A DNA stretch of 64,000 bases, taken from Methanosaeta sp. PtaU1.Bin060 (lineage in GTDB: Archaea; Halobacteriota; Methanosarcinia; Methanotrichales; Methanotrichaceae). Below are positions 37,139 through 46,873 of the stretch, piece after piece. A program made the translations under genes and the position numbers. The notes beneath the pieces were generated by a model. It worked only from the letters and a program-made list of their open reading frames with translations. It did not search any database and had not been told where the DNA came from. Every line of letters begins with the position of its first letter. The first letter of the stretch is position 1. Location of the stretch: NCBI GenBank assembly GCA_002067365.1, contig MVRK01000028.1:1362-65361 (forward strand), read 5' to 3'.

Positions 37139-38641
37139 GTGCAAGAGAAGTCGCTCTCAGAGATCAATGCGCGCATTCGCGATGGATCGGCCCGCGTAGT
37201 CACAGCCGAGGAGATGCCCGACCTGGTGGATGAGCTTGGCACTGCCGAGGCGGTGCGCGAGGTGGATGTCGTCACCACTGGAACCTTCGGGGCTATGTGC
37301 TCCTCGGGGGTCTTCCTCAACCTGGGCCACAGCGATCCGCCCATAAAGATCCTGAAGGCGCTTCTCAACAAGGTGGAGGCCTACAGCGGAATTGCGGCCG
37401 TAGACCTGTTCCTCGGCGCGACGCAGCCGTCCATAGACAGGGGAATCGATTATGGCGGGGCGCACGTCATCGAGGACCTCGTGGCAGGCAAGCAGGTGGA
37501 TGTCGAGGTGGAGGGCGCGGGCACCGACTGCTACCCTCAGATCGAGCTTGAGACTGTTCTGCGGCTGGAGGACTTCAACCAGGCAACTATGGTCAACCCG
37601 CGCAATGCCTACCAGCGCTACAATGCAGCCACCAACTCATCGGACAGGACATTGCATACATATATGGGGACACTGCTCCCCCGCTTCGGAAACGTCCACT
37701 ACAGCGGCTCAGGCGTCCTCTCGCCGCTCTCCAATGACCCCAACTTCGATTACATAGGCGTCGGCACGCGCATCTTTCTCGCAGGGGCGAAGGGCTATGT
37801 CATGGGTGCTGGCACGCAGCACAACCCTGAGAACAACTTCTCCACGCTCATGGTGACGGGCGACCTGAAGAAGATGTCCACGCGATACCTCAGGGCGGCC
37901 ACATTCCACGGCTATGGGCCAAGCCTTTACCTTGGGATCGGGATCCCTATACCAGTCCTAAACGAGAGGATCGCGAAGAACACAGCCGTCCGCGATGGAG
38001 AGATCACAGTCTCCCTGACGGACTACGGCATACCTCGCAGGGACAGGCCCACCGTCAAGATTGTGAGCTACGAGGAGCTGAAGTCCGGCATGATTGAGCT
38101 GAACGGCGAGGAGGTCTCCACCTCACCGCTCTCAAGCTTCCATGTGGCGCGCGAGGTCGCAAAAGAGCTGAAGGCTCAGGTGGAGAGGGGCGAGTTTCTG
38201 CTCAGCCAGGCCGCTGAGCCCCTGCCCCGCATGGGCTCGGCCCGCCCGATGAAGCAGACGAAGGAGTCGCCGAACGTCGGAGATGTCATGAGCAGGGACG
38301 TTGTCACAGTCAGGGAAGACATAGACGTCGGGGAGGCGGCACACCTGATAGTAAACGGGAGCTTCGACCATCTGGCAGTGGTATCCGGGGATGGCAGGCT
38401 GATGGGCATCATCACCGCCTGGGATATCTCGAAGGCTGTGGCGAGCGGCAAGGCCTCCCGGATCTCGGAGATCATGACGAGAAGGGTTTACTCGGCGAGG
38501 CTTGACGAGCCGATAGAGCTTGCGGCAAGAACCTTGGACACACACTCCATCTCTGCCCTGCCTGTGGTGGACAAGGAGAACAAGGTGATAGGCATGATCA
38601 CGTCCAACCATCTATCCAGCCTGCTCGCCAGGAGGCGGTAG
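37139..38641 (+). CDS. Homocysteine biosynthesis protein (COG1900 domain + 2 CBS domains; homologue of Methanosarcina acetivorans MA1821)
   Basis: ARVVTAEEM...VDVVTTGTFGAMCSSGVFLNLGHSDPPIK is the COG1900 signature. The C-terminal tandem CBS domains include VMSRDVVTV and ALPVVDKENKVIGMIT. Apparent GTG start. Confidence 0.8.
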   Translation: MQEKSLSEINARIRDGSARVVTAEEMPDLVDELGTAEAVREVDVVTTGTFGAMCSSGVFLNLGHSDPPIKILKALLNKVEAYSGIAAVDLFLGATQPSIDRGIDYGGAHVIEDLVAGKQVDVEVEGAGTDCYPQIELETVLRLEDFNQATMVNPRNAYQRYNAATNSSDRTLHTYMGTLLPRFGNVHYSGSGVLSPLSNDPNFDYIGVGTRIFLAGAKGYVMGAGTQHNPENNFSTLMVTGDLKKMSTRYLRAATFHGYGPSLYLGIGIPIPVLNERIAKNTAVRDGEITVSLTDYGIPRRDRPTVKIVSYEELKSGMIELNGEEVSTSPLSSFHVAREVAKELKAQVERGEFLLSQAAEPLPRMGSARPMKQTKESPNVGDVMSRDVVTVREDIDVGEAAHLIVNGSFDHLAVVSGDGRLMGIITAWDISKAVASGKASRISEIMTRRVYSARLDEPIELAARTLDTHSISALPVVDKENKVIGMITSNHLSSLLARRR

Positions 38642-38652
38642 ATCTGAAGCTG

Positions 38653-39030
38653 ATGCTGCACGTAGCCCCAGGAATAGTGCGCCAGCCCCTAATAGCCTCA
38701 GTCATCCTGGAGACCGCCGCGCTGGTGAATATCGAGAGGGCGTCCATCGACGCTGTGAGCGGCGAGATAGTCCTGGAGGTCGCTACCGAGAAGTGCATGG
38801 AGGTCAAGGAGGCCTTCGAGCGCAGGGGGGTTCGAGTCGTGCCCCTGGAGATACCCGTCATCAGGGACGAGAACGAGTGCGTACACTGCGGCGCATGCAT
38901 CTCTGTCTGTCCCACAGGGACCTTCAGGTTCGAGGATTGGCTCGTGGTGGCGGACTCGGGAAAGTGCATTCAGTGCGGGGCCTGCGTCACCGGCTGCCCT
39001 CAGCAGGCATTGAAGCTTGTGCTGAAGTGA
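38653..39030 (+). CDS. NIL-domain / 2 x [4Fe-4S] ferredoxin protein (homologue of Methanosarcina acetivorans MA1822)
   Basis: CVHCGACISVCP and CIQCGACVTGCP motifs follow a NIL-like N-terminus. The gene directly follows the COG1900 gene. Confidence 0.75.
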   Translation: MLHVAPGIVRQPLIASVILETAALVNIERASIDAVSGEIVLEVATEKCMEVKEAFERRGVRVVPLEIPVIRDENECVHCGACISVCPTGTFRFEDWLVVADSGKCIQCGACVTGCPQQALKLVLK

Positions 39031-39400
39031 TGGCCGCTAATCGGGACAGAAGCTCACCGACATTTTTAGCAATAATATTTTAACTCTGAGATCCATCTAT
39101 CAGGAGGCAGTTCGAGGCCCTTTGATTCTGGATCTTGCGCCTGGAAAATCGGAGATTTTATATGGGATGACTTTTACTACTAGTGAAATAAGTAGGGTCA
39201 TATTTAAGTGCTGACGGGGGAAGGAGGAGATGAGGTGTCTTTGATCACAGGGGGTTTATCTATCGGGGGGAGGATGCGCGTGAGATCTTTTATTACTTCA
39301 TCGGCTCCGCTCATGCAATGCGATTGCAGATCAGGCAACATCGATAATGCCACCATTATTTTATCGAGAATTAGCAAATCCGAGAGGGGAGTGCATAGAA

Positions 39401-42400
39401 ATGTCTGATGAGGGAATCGCCTCAAGCCTTGGAGTCTTCGCCGAGATCCTGGCAGAACCGGGGGGCTACGATCCTGAAGGGCTGAAAGGGCTCTCCAGGG
39501 ATGCGCCGGACCCCGTATCCTCATTCATCCAGGCAGCCCTCTCCTCAGATGGCGATCTCATGTACCGTCACCTGGAGGAGCTGGCAGCTCATGCCGAGAG
39601 CATCAACAGCTTCCAGGCATGGTTCGACCTCGGTGTCCTCGCACATCGCTTCTTTTTCAACCAGTCTGCCATGAGATACTACGAGCGCTGCCTGATTCTC
39701 GCGGACGGTGATGGCAGAAGGGCATCGCAGGCTCTGAACAACCTCGGAAGCCTTTATTCCGAGGAGGAGGACTGGAACAGGGCCTGCGACTGCTATCAAA
39801 GGGCTCTGGGACATCTCGCTCTCGCGGATGAACCAGCGCTCGAAGCCTCGGTTCTGAGCAACCTTGCCAATGCTTACCAGATGCAGGGGGAGCATGGTCG
39901 AGCCCTGGAGTGCTATCAGAAGATCCTGGCAGGATCTGGCAGAAGAGACGGGTCGACGCTTGCCAGGGCCTTCAATGGCATGGGAAGGGTCTACCAGCTG
40001 CAGGGGAACCTGGAAGCCTCAAGGGATTGCTACCAAAAGAGCCTCGGCGAGATGGAGAGGCTCGGGGACAGAAAAGGCGTAGCGAAGGTGCTCTCAAGCC
40101 TCGGCTCACTTTACGAGATCGAATCAGAATGGTTGAAGGCCCTCGATTGTTATGAGAAGGCGAGAGCCTATCTTGACGATCTCGGCGACAAGGGGGGCGC
40201 TGCCAGGATGCACAGCAAGCTTGGGGGCGTCTATCTCCTGCAGGGGAAGTGGTCTATAGCCGTGGAATGCTACGAGAAGTGCCTGGCGGCCCTGGAGCTG
40301 ACCGGGGATCAGAGTCAAGCTGCCACGGCACATAACAGCATCGGCCTAGCCTTCATGGAGAAAGGCAACCTTGATGCATCAGCGGACCATTTCCAGAAGG
40401 CCGTCGTCATCCTGGAACGACAGGGAGACTTCGAGGCGTTGGCTGAGACCCTCTCCAACCTGGGCAGCATCCACTACCGTTGCGGCCAGCTTGACGAGGC
40501 AGTCAGATGCTACAATAAGTGCCTTGAGATCGCTGAGCAGTCGAAGGACATCAGGAGGATGACCACCACCCTCAACAACCTGGGGCTGATTCATGCCGAT
40601 CGAGGGGATTGGGGGCAGGCAGATGGCTGCTCTCGGCGCTCCATAGAGCTGCTCAAGGATGCAGGAGAAGTCCTCGAGTCGGCCAAGGCAGTCTCCAATC
40701 TGGGAAGCTTCCATCAGCTCAGGGGAGATCTGGAAGGGGCGATAGGCCTCTACAAGCAAGCTCTCGATATCCAGGAGGGCCTAGGCGATCTGCAGGGTGC
40801 CTCAAAGACGCAAAACAACCTGGGCCTGGTACACCAGCTCAGGGGAGAGTGGAGCCTGGCGGCAGAGTATTTCCAGAAGAGCCTGGATGCCAAGGAGGCG
40901 CAGGGAGATGTGCAGGGCGCTGCAGCCACCCAGATCAACCTCGGGATGATCTGCCAGCTCAAGGGAGAGTGGGAACTCTCCATCAAGCATTTCCAAGGAG
41001 CCCTCGAGACCTTCGAGGCACTGAAAGACATGCGCGGTGCCTCTGTCGCTCTGAACAACTTGGGCAACATCAACGCCGATCGGGGCGACGCCCTGCAGGC
41101 CATCAAGTACTATACCCTTGCAATGGAATTGAAGTGCTCCCTGGATGATAAGCGCGGTGCTGCTACAATCCTGGGGAACCTCGGGAGCATCTACTACAAT
41201 CAGGGAGATCTCGACAAGGCCCGCAAGAGATACATTCAGAGCCTGGAGGCCTTCAGGGAAGTGGGGGACGATCAGGGCGAGGCCAACGCCCATCTCTGCA
41301 TAGGGAACCTGATGGCCGAGGCTGGAGAGCTTGAGGAGGCATTGGTCCATTTCAAGGATTGCCTCCAGATCCAGAAGTCTCTTCAGGAGACAAGCGGCAT
41401 GGTGAAGGCCCTCGGGCCTCTTGTCGGCGTCTGTTCAAGGCTTGGAAGGTGGCAGGAGGCTCGGGATAATCTGGAGGAAGCCCTTGAGGCCCTGCGTCGC
41501 ATCGGTGATCTGGAGGGCACAGCATCAGTCCTGTGCAGCCTTGGCAACCTCTGTGCCGAGCTGGGGGAGTGGGACGGAGCCGTCGATCGCTACGAGGAGA
41601 GCCTGGAGGCGCTTCGCTTGGCAGGTGACATCTACAGCATTGCGGTGACTGAGAACAATCTCGGCAACATCTGCTACAGGCGGGGCGACTGGACCCTTGC
41701 GCTCGATCACTATGACTGCAGCCTGAGCGAGTTCGAGAAGGCGGGCGATGCCGAGAGCGAGGCCTCTGTCCTGAGCAATATGGCAAGCATCTGCTTCAAG
41801 AGGGGCGAATGGCCGCGGGCTCTGGAGTGCTACCAGAGGAGCCTGGACCTCTTCGAGGATCTCGAGAACATGGCCGGCATCGCCAGCGTCCTGAACAACC
41901 TGGGGATCTTTTATCATCGCCGGGGCGAGGGGAAACTCGCGCAGGAGCATTTCCAGAGGGCCATGGAGGTCCTGATGCGCCAGGGCGACATCGAGGGCGC
42001 AGCCGAGATGCAGGCCAATATCGACATGATCCGGGCAGGTCGCGGCGAGGTCATGGCTTCAGTGGATGATTATCTGAAGCATCTGGAAGAGCTGGAAGAG
42101 ACGGGAGACGTGGCTGGCATGGCAGAGGTGTACAGCTCCCTCGCAGGCGCTTATGCTGACCGCTACGAATGGGATGCTGCTCTCACCAGCTACAGGAAGA
42201 GCCTGGAGCTCTTTGAGAAGGCGGGGGAGATCTGCTGCCAGGCTGAGATCAGGTTCAACATGGCCCTGATCTACAAGGACAAGGGCGATGGAAGATCTGC
42301 GGCACAGGAGCTTCTTCAGAGCATTGAGACCTTCCAGGGCCTCTCTGCCCTTCCCTCGGTGGCCCTGGCGAAACTGAACCTCGGGATAATCCATAGCCAG

Positions 42401-43252
42401 ATGGGAAGCGAGAGCGATGCCTCAGAGCTTCTGGCGGAGGCGGTCGGCCTTCAGGAGAGCATCGGGGCGATGCCCGACCTCTGCGAGAGCTACATTGCCC
42501 TGGCGATGTTCAAGCTCAAGTCAGCCCTTCCAGTCGAGACCAGGTACTATCTCGCTCTCGCGGAGGGTGTGATTCATCGCCTCGATCACCAGCCTATGCT
42601 GATTCGGCTCCACAGCGCATGGGGCGAACTCCATCAGTTCGAGATGAACTTCGGCGAGGCTGACAGCAGATACCAAGACGCTCTGGCGATGGCGAGAAGG
42701 CTCTCCAACCCGATGGAAGAGGCCAGGGCTCTGAGAAATATGGGGCTGTTGGCTCTGGCGCGGCAAGATCACAATGAGGCCGAGGAGAGGCTGAAGCAGG
42801 CGCTGGTGGTCTTCAGCCGCCTTGGTGCCATGTATGAGGTCGTAGCCCTCTATGATGATCTGGCATCTCTCTTTCTGGCTGCACATGATGCAGCACGAGC
42901 GGAGGAGATGGCCGTCCTCCTGGAGCGGCAGAGCAAGCTGCTGGGCTACCACGATATGACTGTGAGAGCCATCATCACCCTGGCGGAGTGCGAAGGGCTG
43001 AGGGGAGGACTGGATCAGGCGAGGGGGGATTTTGTCCAGGCAGTGGGGCTGGCCCGCGAGAACGACGGTGCGATCACCGCCCGAACAGTTCGCGCTCTGG
43101 CGGAGAGGATCATCGGCTTCATCGAGGCACACCCAGCCTCTGCTGACAGCAGCCAGTCGGGATCGCCAAGGGAGGCATTACTGAAAAAGGATTGCGGGGA
43201 GCTGCTGGAGGAGCTAGCCTCCGCCCTGGAGAGCCTGGCCTCGACAAGATAG
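39401..43252 (+). CDS. Giant TPR-repeat protein (about 1283 aa from the ATG at 39401; the track ORF starts at 39347)
   Basis: More than 25 consecutive ~40-aa units of the form NNLGxxYxxxGxWxxAxxxYxxSLxxxExxGDxxG. A GAGGGGAG Shine-Dalgarno precedes the ATG at 39401. Confidence 0.85.
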   Translation: MSDEGIASSLGVFAEILAEPGGYDPEGLKGLSRDAPDPVSSFIQAALSSDGDLMYRHLEELAAHAESINSFQAWFDLGVLAHRFFFNQSAMRYYERCLILADGDGRRASQALNNLGSLYSEEEDWNRACDCYQRALGHLALADEPALEASVLSNLANAYQMQGEHGRALECYQKILAGSGRRDGSTLARAFNGMGRVYQLQGNLEASRDCYQKSLGEMERLGDRKGVAKVLSSLGSLYEIESEWLKALDCYEKARAYLDDLGDKGGAARMHSKLGGVYLLQGKWSIAVECYEKCLAALELTGDQSQAATAHNSIGLAFMEKGNLDASADHFQKAVVILERQGDFEALAETLSNLGSIHYRCGQLDEAVRCYNKCLEIAEQSKDIRRMTTTLNNLGLIHADRGDWGQADGCSRRSIELLKDAGEVLESAKAVSNLGSFHQLRGDLEGAIGLYKQALDIQEGLGDLQGASKTQNNLGLVHQLRGEWSLAAEYFQKSLDAKEAQGDVQGAAATQINLGMICQLKGEWELSIKHFQGALETFEALKDMRGASVALNNLGNINADRGDALQAIKYYTLAMELKCSLDDKRGAATILGNLGSIYYNQGDLDKARKRYIQSLEAFREVGDDQGEANAHLCIGNLMAEAGELEEALVHFKDCLQIQKSLQETSGMVKALGPLVGVCSRLGRWQEARDNLEEALEALRRIGDLEGTASVLCSLGNLCAELGEWDGAVDRYEESLEALRLAGDIYSIAVTENNLGNICYRRGDWTLALDHYDCSLSEFEKAGDAESEASVLSNMASICFKRGEWPRALECYQRSLDLFEDLENMAGIASVLNNLGIFYHRRGEGKLAQEHFQRAMEVLMRQGDIEGAAEMQANIDMIRAGRGEVMASVDDYLKHLEELEETGDVAGMAEVYSSLAGAYADRYEWDAALTSYRKSLELFEKAGEICCQAEIRFNMALIYKDKGDGRSAAQELLQSIETFQGLSALPSVALAKLNLGIIHSQMGSESDASELLAEAVGLQESIGAMPDLCESYIALAMFKLKSALPVETRYYLALAEGVIHRLDHQPMLIRLHSAWGELHQFEMNFGEADSRYQDALAMARRLSNPMEEARALRNMGLLALARQDHNEAEERLKQALVVFSRLGAMYEVVALYDDLASLFLAAHDAARAEEMAVLLERQSKLLGYHDMTVRAIITLAECEGLRGGLDQARGDFVQAVGLARENDGAITARTVRALAERIIGFIEAHPASADSSQSGSPREALLKKDCGELLEELASALESLASTR

Positions 43253-43912
43253 CTAGATGTCAGACAGGACCACTGATGGCAGGAAGCTCAGCTGCACGTC
43301 CAGCTCTGCGAGGGCATGCCTGATCTCCCCATCTTTGAGCAGCGAATCCAGCTCGTGCAGCCTTGCGATCACATCCCAGATCTTGGCCGCCTTGTGCTCG
43401 CTCCTGTAGCGCACGGGCGAATAATATATCTCGCCATCTGCGCTGCATGCATCGACTCCGAAGTAATCCTTGGAGTAGAAGCCCTTGAACCTGAGGATCA
43501 CAGGCTTGTAGATCGCCTTCAGGGATGGTATGTAAAAGTCCTCCAGCATCCTCTGCAGCATCCTGTTTTTCGTCTCTGTGATCCTCAGCCTCATATACCC
43601 CTGCCCGTGGATGTAGCCGGAGTAAAAGACGCTGTACCTTATGCGGGATTTGAGGTCCGTCTTCAGACCCAGCATAAACTCGCAGGTATCCTCAGTCTCT
43701 GTCGGGTCCAGGTTGAGGAAGTATTTGATGTGGAGGATCAGATTGTTCTCGAAGATGATGGTGATGTGCTCCTCATTGTTCTCTGCAGGCCTCGCAGAGA
43801 TGCCGACGACATTCCAGCCGAAGAGGCTCTGAGCCTCTTCTTTGACGAAACTGTGGAACGCAAACTCTCGAACCTGCTCCAAAAGATCTCCAAGGGTTTC
43901 CATTTGCCTCAT
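43253..43912 (-). CDS. Hypothetical protein (219 aa)
   Basis: Long ORF with coding-like composition and no recognisable motif. Convergent with the TPR gene. Confidence 0.5.
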   Translation of the reverse strand: MRQMETLGDLLEQVREFAFHSFVKEEAQSLFGWNVVGISARPAENNEEHITIIFENNLILHIKYFLNLDPTETEDTCEFMLGLKTDLKSRIRYSVFYSGYIHGQGYMRLRITETKNRMLQRMLEDFYIPSLKAIYKPVILRFKGFYSKDYFGVDACSADGEIYYSPVRYRSEHKAAKIWDVIARLHELDSLLKDGEIRHALAELDVQLSFLPSVVLSDI

Positions 43913-44120
43913 CTCTTCCCTCGGATCGGATAAATATTATGCTGAGTCGGATGAGAGGATGATCTCAGGCAATCGGAGGCATCATTTTGCATCGTGGACG
44001 GGGAGCATCAGCGCCCATGAGTGCCCCACTCCAGCCTGCAAATGCACGCGGCCCACAATCATCAAACAGAGCTTTTTTTCGGTAAACTATTTCATCTAAA
44101 GAGATCCAATAGAGGGGGAA

Positions 44121-44621
44121 ATGTGGCCCGAAGAACAGATTACATGCAGGCCCGAGAGAGGATCAGGCGACGCGAGCAATAAAGATGCAGTGGTCATCAG
44201 GATGCTTGAGCCCGGCGATCTGAAGGATGCGCTCGAGATCGACAGAGAGGTCTTCGGAGGCTACGATCCTATAGTCTTCACAACATTTTACGAGTATCAC
44301 CCCAGGTCCACCCTGGTGGCAGAGGTGGGCGGAAGTGTGGCAGGCTTCATCCTGGGGTTCAAGCATACGCCTTTTGAGGGCAGGGTCTTCTGGCTGGCTG
44401 TGAAGCCCGCTTACCAGGGCCGCGGAATCGGCATGATGCTTCTTCTGGAGGTCCTCAAGATCTTCAGGCTGATGGGAGCCCTCAGCGCAACCCTCGAGGT
44501 CAGGGCGTCCAACAAGAGGGCTCAGAGCCTCTACTCTGCCCTCGGCTTCCAGATGGTCGGAGTCTTTCCGGGATACTACTCGGACGGCGAGGCTGCGCTG
44601 ATCATGAAAAGGAGGCTCTGA
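44121..44621 (+). CDS. GNAT N-acetyltransferase (RimI-like)
   Basis: VAGFILGF...WLAVKPAYQGRGIGMMLL...ATLEVRASNKRAQSLYSALGF is the acetyl-CoA-binding Q/RxxGxG/A motif. The start may lie downstream. Confidence 0.75.
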   Translation: MWPEEQITCRPERGSGDASNKDAVVIRMLEPGDLKDALEIDREVFGGYDPIVFTTFYEYHPRSTLVAEVGGSVAGFILGFKHTPFEGRVFWLAVKPAYQGRGIGMMLLLEVLKIFRLMGALSATLEVRASNKRAQSLYSALGFQMVGVFPGYYSDGEAALIMKRRL

Positions 44622-44632
44622 TTCACACCCGG

Positions 44633-45304
44633 TCACTCAAGGCCCCTCGATGTGAGCCTGAACTCTGCCGTTTCACCCTCGGGAAGGGACCTGTGCTTAA
44701 CAAGCCTTGCCCGCCTCAGGCTCTCGCCCGCCTTTTCCAGGCGGACTATGGCCTTGCACATGTGCTCGAGGGCTGTGCCGCCCAGAGGTCGGAGCCTGCC
44801 AGTCTCTATCTCGGTGTAAACCTGGTTGGTGATCAGGACTGGAATCCTGCGGCGACGCGCCAGCTCCTGCAGCTCAGAGATCTGAGCAAAGAGATTTCTC
44901 CGGAGTATGCGATCGTCCTCGGACTCCAGGAGAACGCGATAAAGAGATGTGGCAGAGTCGAGGATTATCAGGCCGGTATCCCTGCCTGCGATCCTGGAGG
45001 CATCGCGGATCGAGGAATGCTGCTGCTCAAGGCTGACAGGCTCGAAGATCAGGATCCTGCCTGCCACCTGCTCAGCGCCCTCGCCCGCGATCTGCCTGAA
45101 CCTCTCGGGGGAGAAGCCCTCTGTGTCGATATAGATCACCCTGAAGCCGCGGGCCACCGCCTGGATGGAGAGCTGCTGTGCGATGTTGCTCTTGCCAGTG
45201 CCCGCCTCTCCGTAGACCTGGGTTATTATGCCTGACTCAAAGCCGCCGCCAAGGAGCCTGTCAAGGCTCTGGCAGCCACAGGGCAGTCTGTCGAGCGCAG
45301 TCAT
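44633..45304 (-). CDS. radB: DNA repair and recombination protein RadB
   Basis: LDRLLGGGFESGIITQVYGEAGTGKSNIAQQL, with a Walker B (LIILDS). 223 aa, with no N-terminal HhH domain. Confidence 0.8.
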   Translation of the reverse strand: MTALDRLPCGCQSLDRLLGGGFESGIITQVYGEAGTGKSNIAQQLSIQAVARGFRVIYIDTEGFSPERFRQIAGEGAEQVAGRILIFEPVSLEQQHSSIRDASRIAGRDTGLIILDSATSLYRVLLESEDDRILRRNLFAQISELQELARRRRIPVLITNQVYTEIETGRLRPLGGTALEHMCKAIVRLEKAGESLRRARLVKHRSLPEGETAEFRLTSRGLE

Positions 45305-45333
45305 GGTAGCGACCTACAGTTGTTGGATACTCT

Positions 45334-45921
45334 TCAGATATGTGAATAGCTGTTGACCCTGTCCATGAGCCTCTCCATGGCCTCGCGCTCCCTCGGGCCG
45401 CCGCAGCGATTGATTATCCTCTGCAGCTTCATCAACTCCTCATAGTACGAGTCTGTTCTCAGCGCCAGGTATCTAGTAGCGGCCACTGCGGCCTCCACCA
45501 CCAGGCTCGACCCGCGATTGAAGGCCCTGAAGTCCTTTCTCAGGACCTCTCCCGCCACAAGCTCCACCTTGGCTATTATGATGTCGAGGGCGAATGTCTC
45601 ACACTTGAAGAGCCCCCACGCCTCAGCATCCTTTAAGACGGCCAGCCCTTCGCGGCGCATGAAATAGCCCTCTGTGAGGTCCTCGATGGCCGTCTCCGCA
45701 AAGAGCCACGCATCATGGGTTACATTGGCGACGAAAGAGCCGGTGGCGAGGATGTTCTCGTATGTGTGTGATCCCATGAACAGCCTGATGTAAAGCTCAT
45801 CGCCGTCCCGGATGACGCCGAGGGGCGCGGCGTTAATCCTGCCGTCCTTCTCCGTGGTTGCGATGATCTCATTGATCCCATCGAAGATGCCCAAATCTTC
45901 CAGAGTCACTTTGCCGCTCAT
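45334..45921 (-). CDS. DUF447-family protein (H4MPT-biosynthesis-linked)
   Basis: INEIIATTEKDGRINAAPLGV... has a split-barrel-like N-terminus. Size and position next to a CitG-like gene match the H4MPT-linked DUF447 family, recalled from memory. Confidence 0.5.
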   Translation of the reverse strand: MSGKVTLEDLGIFDGINEIIATTEKDGRINAAPLGVIRDGDELYIRLFMGSHTYENILATGSFVANVTHDAWLFAETAIEDLTEGYFMRREGLAVLKDAEAWGLFKCETFALDIIIAKVELVAGEVLRKDFRAFNRGSSLVVEAAVAATRYLALRTDSYYEELMKLQRIINRCGGPREREAMERLMDRVNSYSHI

Positions 45922-45954
45922 CTTTCAGAACCTCAAACAATGGACCTCTGCCTA

Positions 45955-46851
45955 TCAAAACTTCAAACCCCTCAGCAGGGAGATAAATAAAGCTGCTGCA
46001 ATGAGGTCTGCAGTCGAGCCGGGATTGACGTCCTCGACGATGAACTCGCTATCCAGCTTCCTCGCAGCATCAAGGGTTGCGTCCTTCAGGGCGGACCCTG
46101 CTCGCAGTGAGACCTCCTGCGCCTTTTCTTTGCCGAACTTGGCCCGAACGAGGCTGTCGGGCTCCTCTGAGAGGGCCTCAAGATATGCCCTCACGATCCC
46201 GTCGTTTTGGCCGTGCCTTCCTATCAGCTCATCAAGTCGCAGGGAAAGACAAAAGGCCCTCTTGTAGCCTGTGGCCCACTCGCGGGCGATGAGGTCGTGG
46301 CCCTTCGAGAGGATCATCAGGTCGAGCAGAGTTTTGTTGCTCCTTCGAAGGCTCTCCTCGAAATCCGGATCCTTGAGGCTGAACTCATCCACTTCAGAGA
46401 TCCTAGCTCCCGCCAGATCGAAGGCGCGGCAAAAATCAATGGCATCATCCGCAGTCGTCTTGCCTAGGACCAGAGCCAGCTCATCCATCAGGTCTCCGGG
46501 CCTCGACGCCGCAATGGCCAGGGGCAGCATCAGCACAAGCGAGCCGAAGTGGGTATTGCTGCTGATATTCCAATCCTGCCAGGCGCGAACGCCTTCCAGG
46601 AGAAGGGATCCGATGCTGCACTCGCCTGAGGCGGCCTTTCTGAAAACTGGATAGGCTGAGACTGCGCTGGCCAGGAAGTGGCGAAAGCCTATATCTGAGA
46701 AATCGTGACAGCGATCGACGTTTCCCGGTTTCGGGCTGGATGAGAGCTCCAGGAGCATGGCCAGCTCTGCAGACTGAGCCACACGATCCGGGCCCCTCTC
46801 CTTCAGGCGGCCCGCTTCCAGGAGATCTTTCTTCGAGAGATTCTCTATCAC
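45955..46851 (-). CDS. Triphosphoribosyl-dephospho-CoA synthase (CitG/MdcB)-family protein
   Basis: AELAMLLELSSSPKPGNVDR...NTHFGSLVLMLPL...NPGSTADLIAAALF are CitG-family motifs. Confidence 0.7.
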   Translation of the reverse strand: MIENLSKKDLLEAGRLKERGPDRVAQSAELAMLLELSSSPKPGNVDRCHDFSDIGFRHFLASAVSAYPVFRKAASGECSIGSLLLEGVRAWQDWNISSNTHFGSLVLMLPLAIAASRPGDLMDELALVLGKTTADDAIDFCRAFDLAGARISEVDEFSLKDPDFEESLRRSNKTLLDLMILSKGHDLIAREWATGYKRAFCLSLRLDELIGRHGQNDGIVRAYLEALSEEPDSLVRAKFGKEKAQEVSLRAGSALKDATLDAARKLDSEFIVEDVNPGSTADLIAAALFISLLRGLKF

Positions 46852-46873
46852 GGCATATTCATAGCATCTTCTT

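Noticed and set aside
39031-39400. Small ORFs (39208..39408 +, 39204..39524 -) in the 370-nt spacer before the TPR gene
   Set aside because: Their composition is not protein-like, they overlap each other, and they lack convincing starts. I treat the region as a 5' regulatory or untranslated region.
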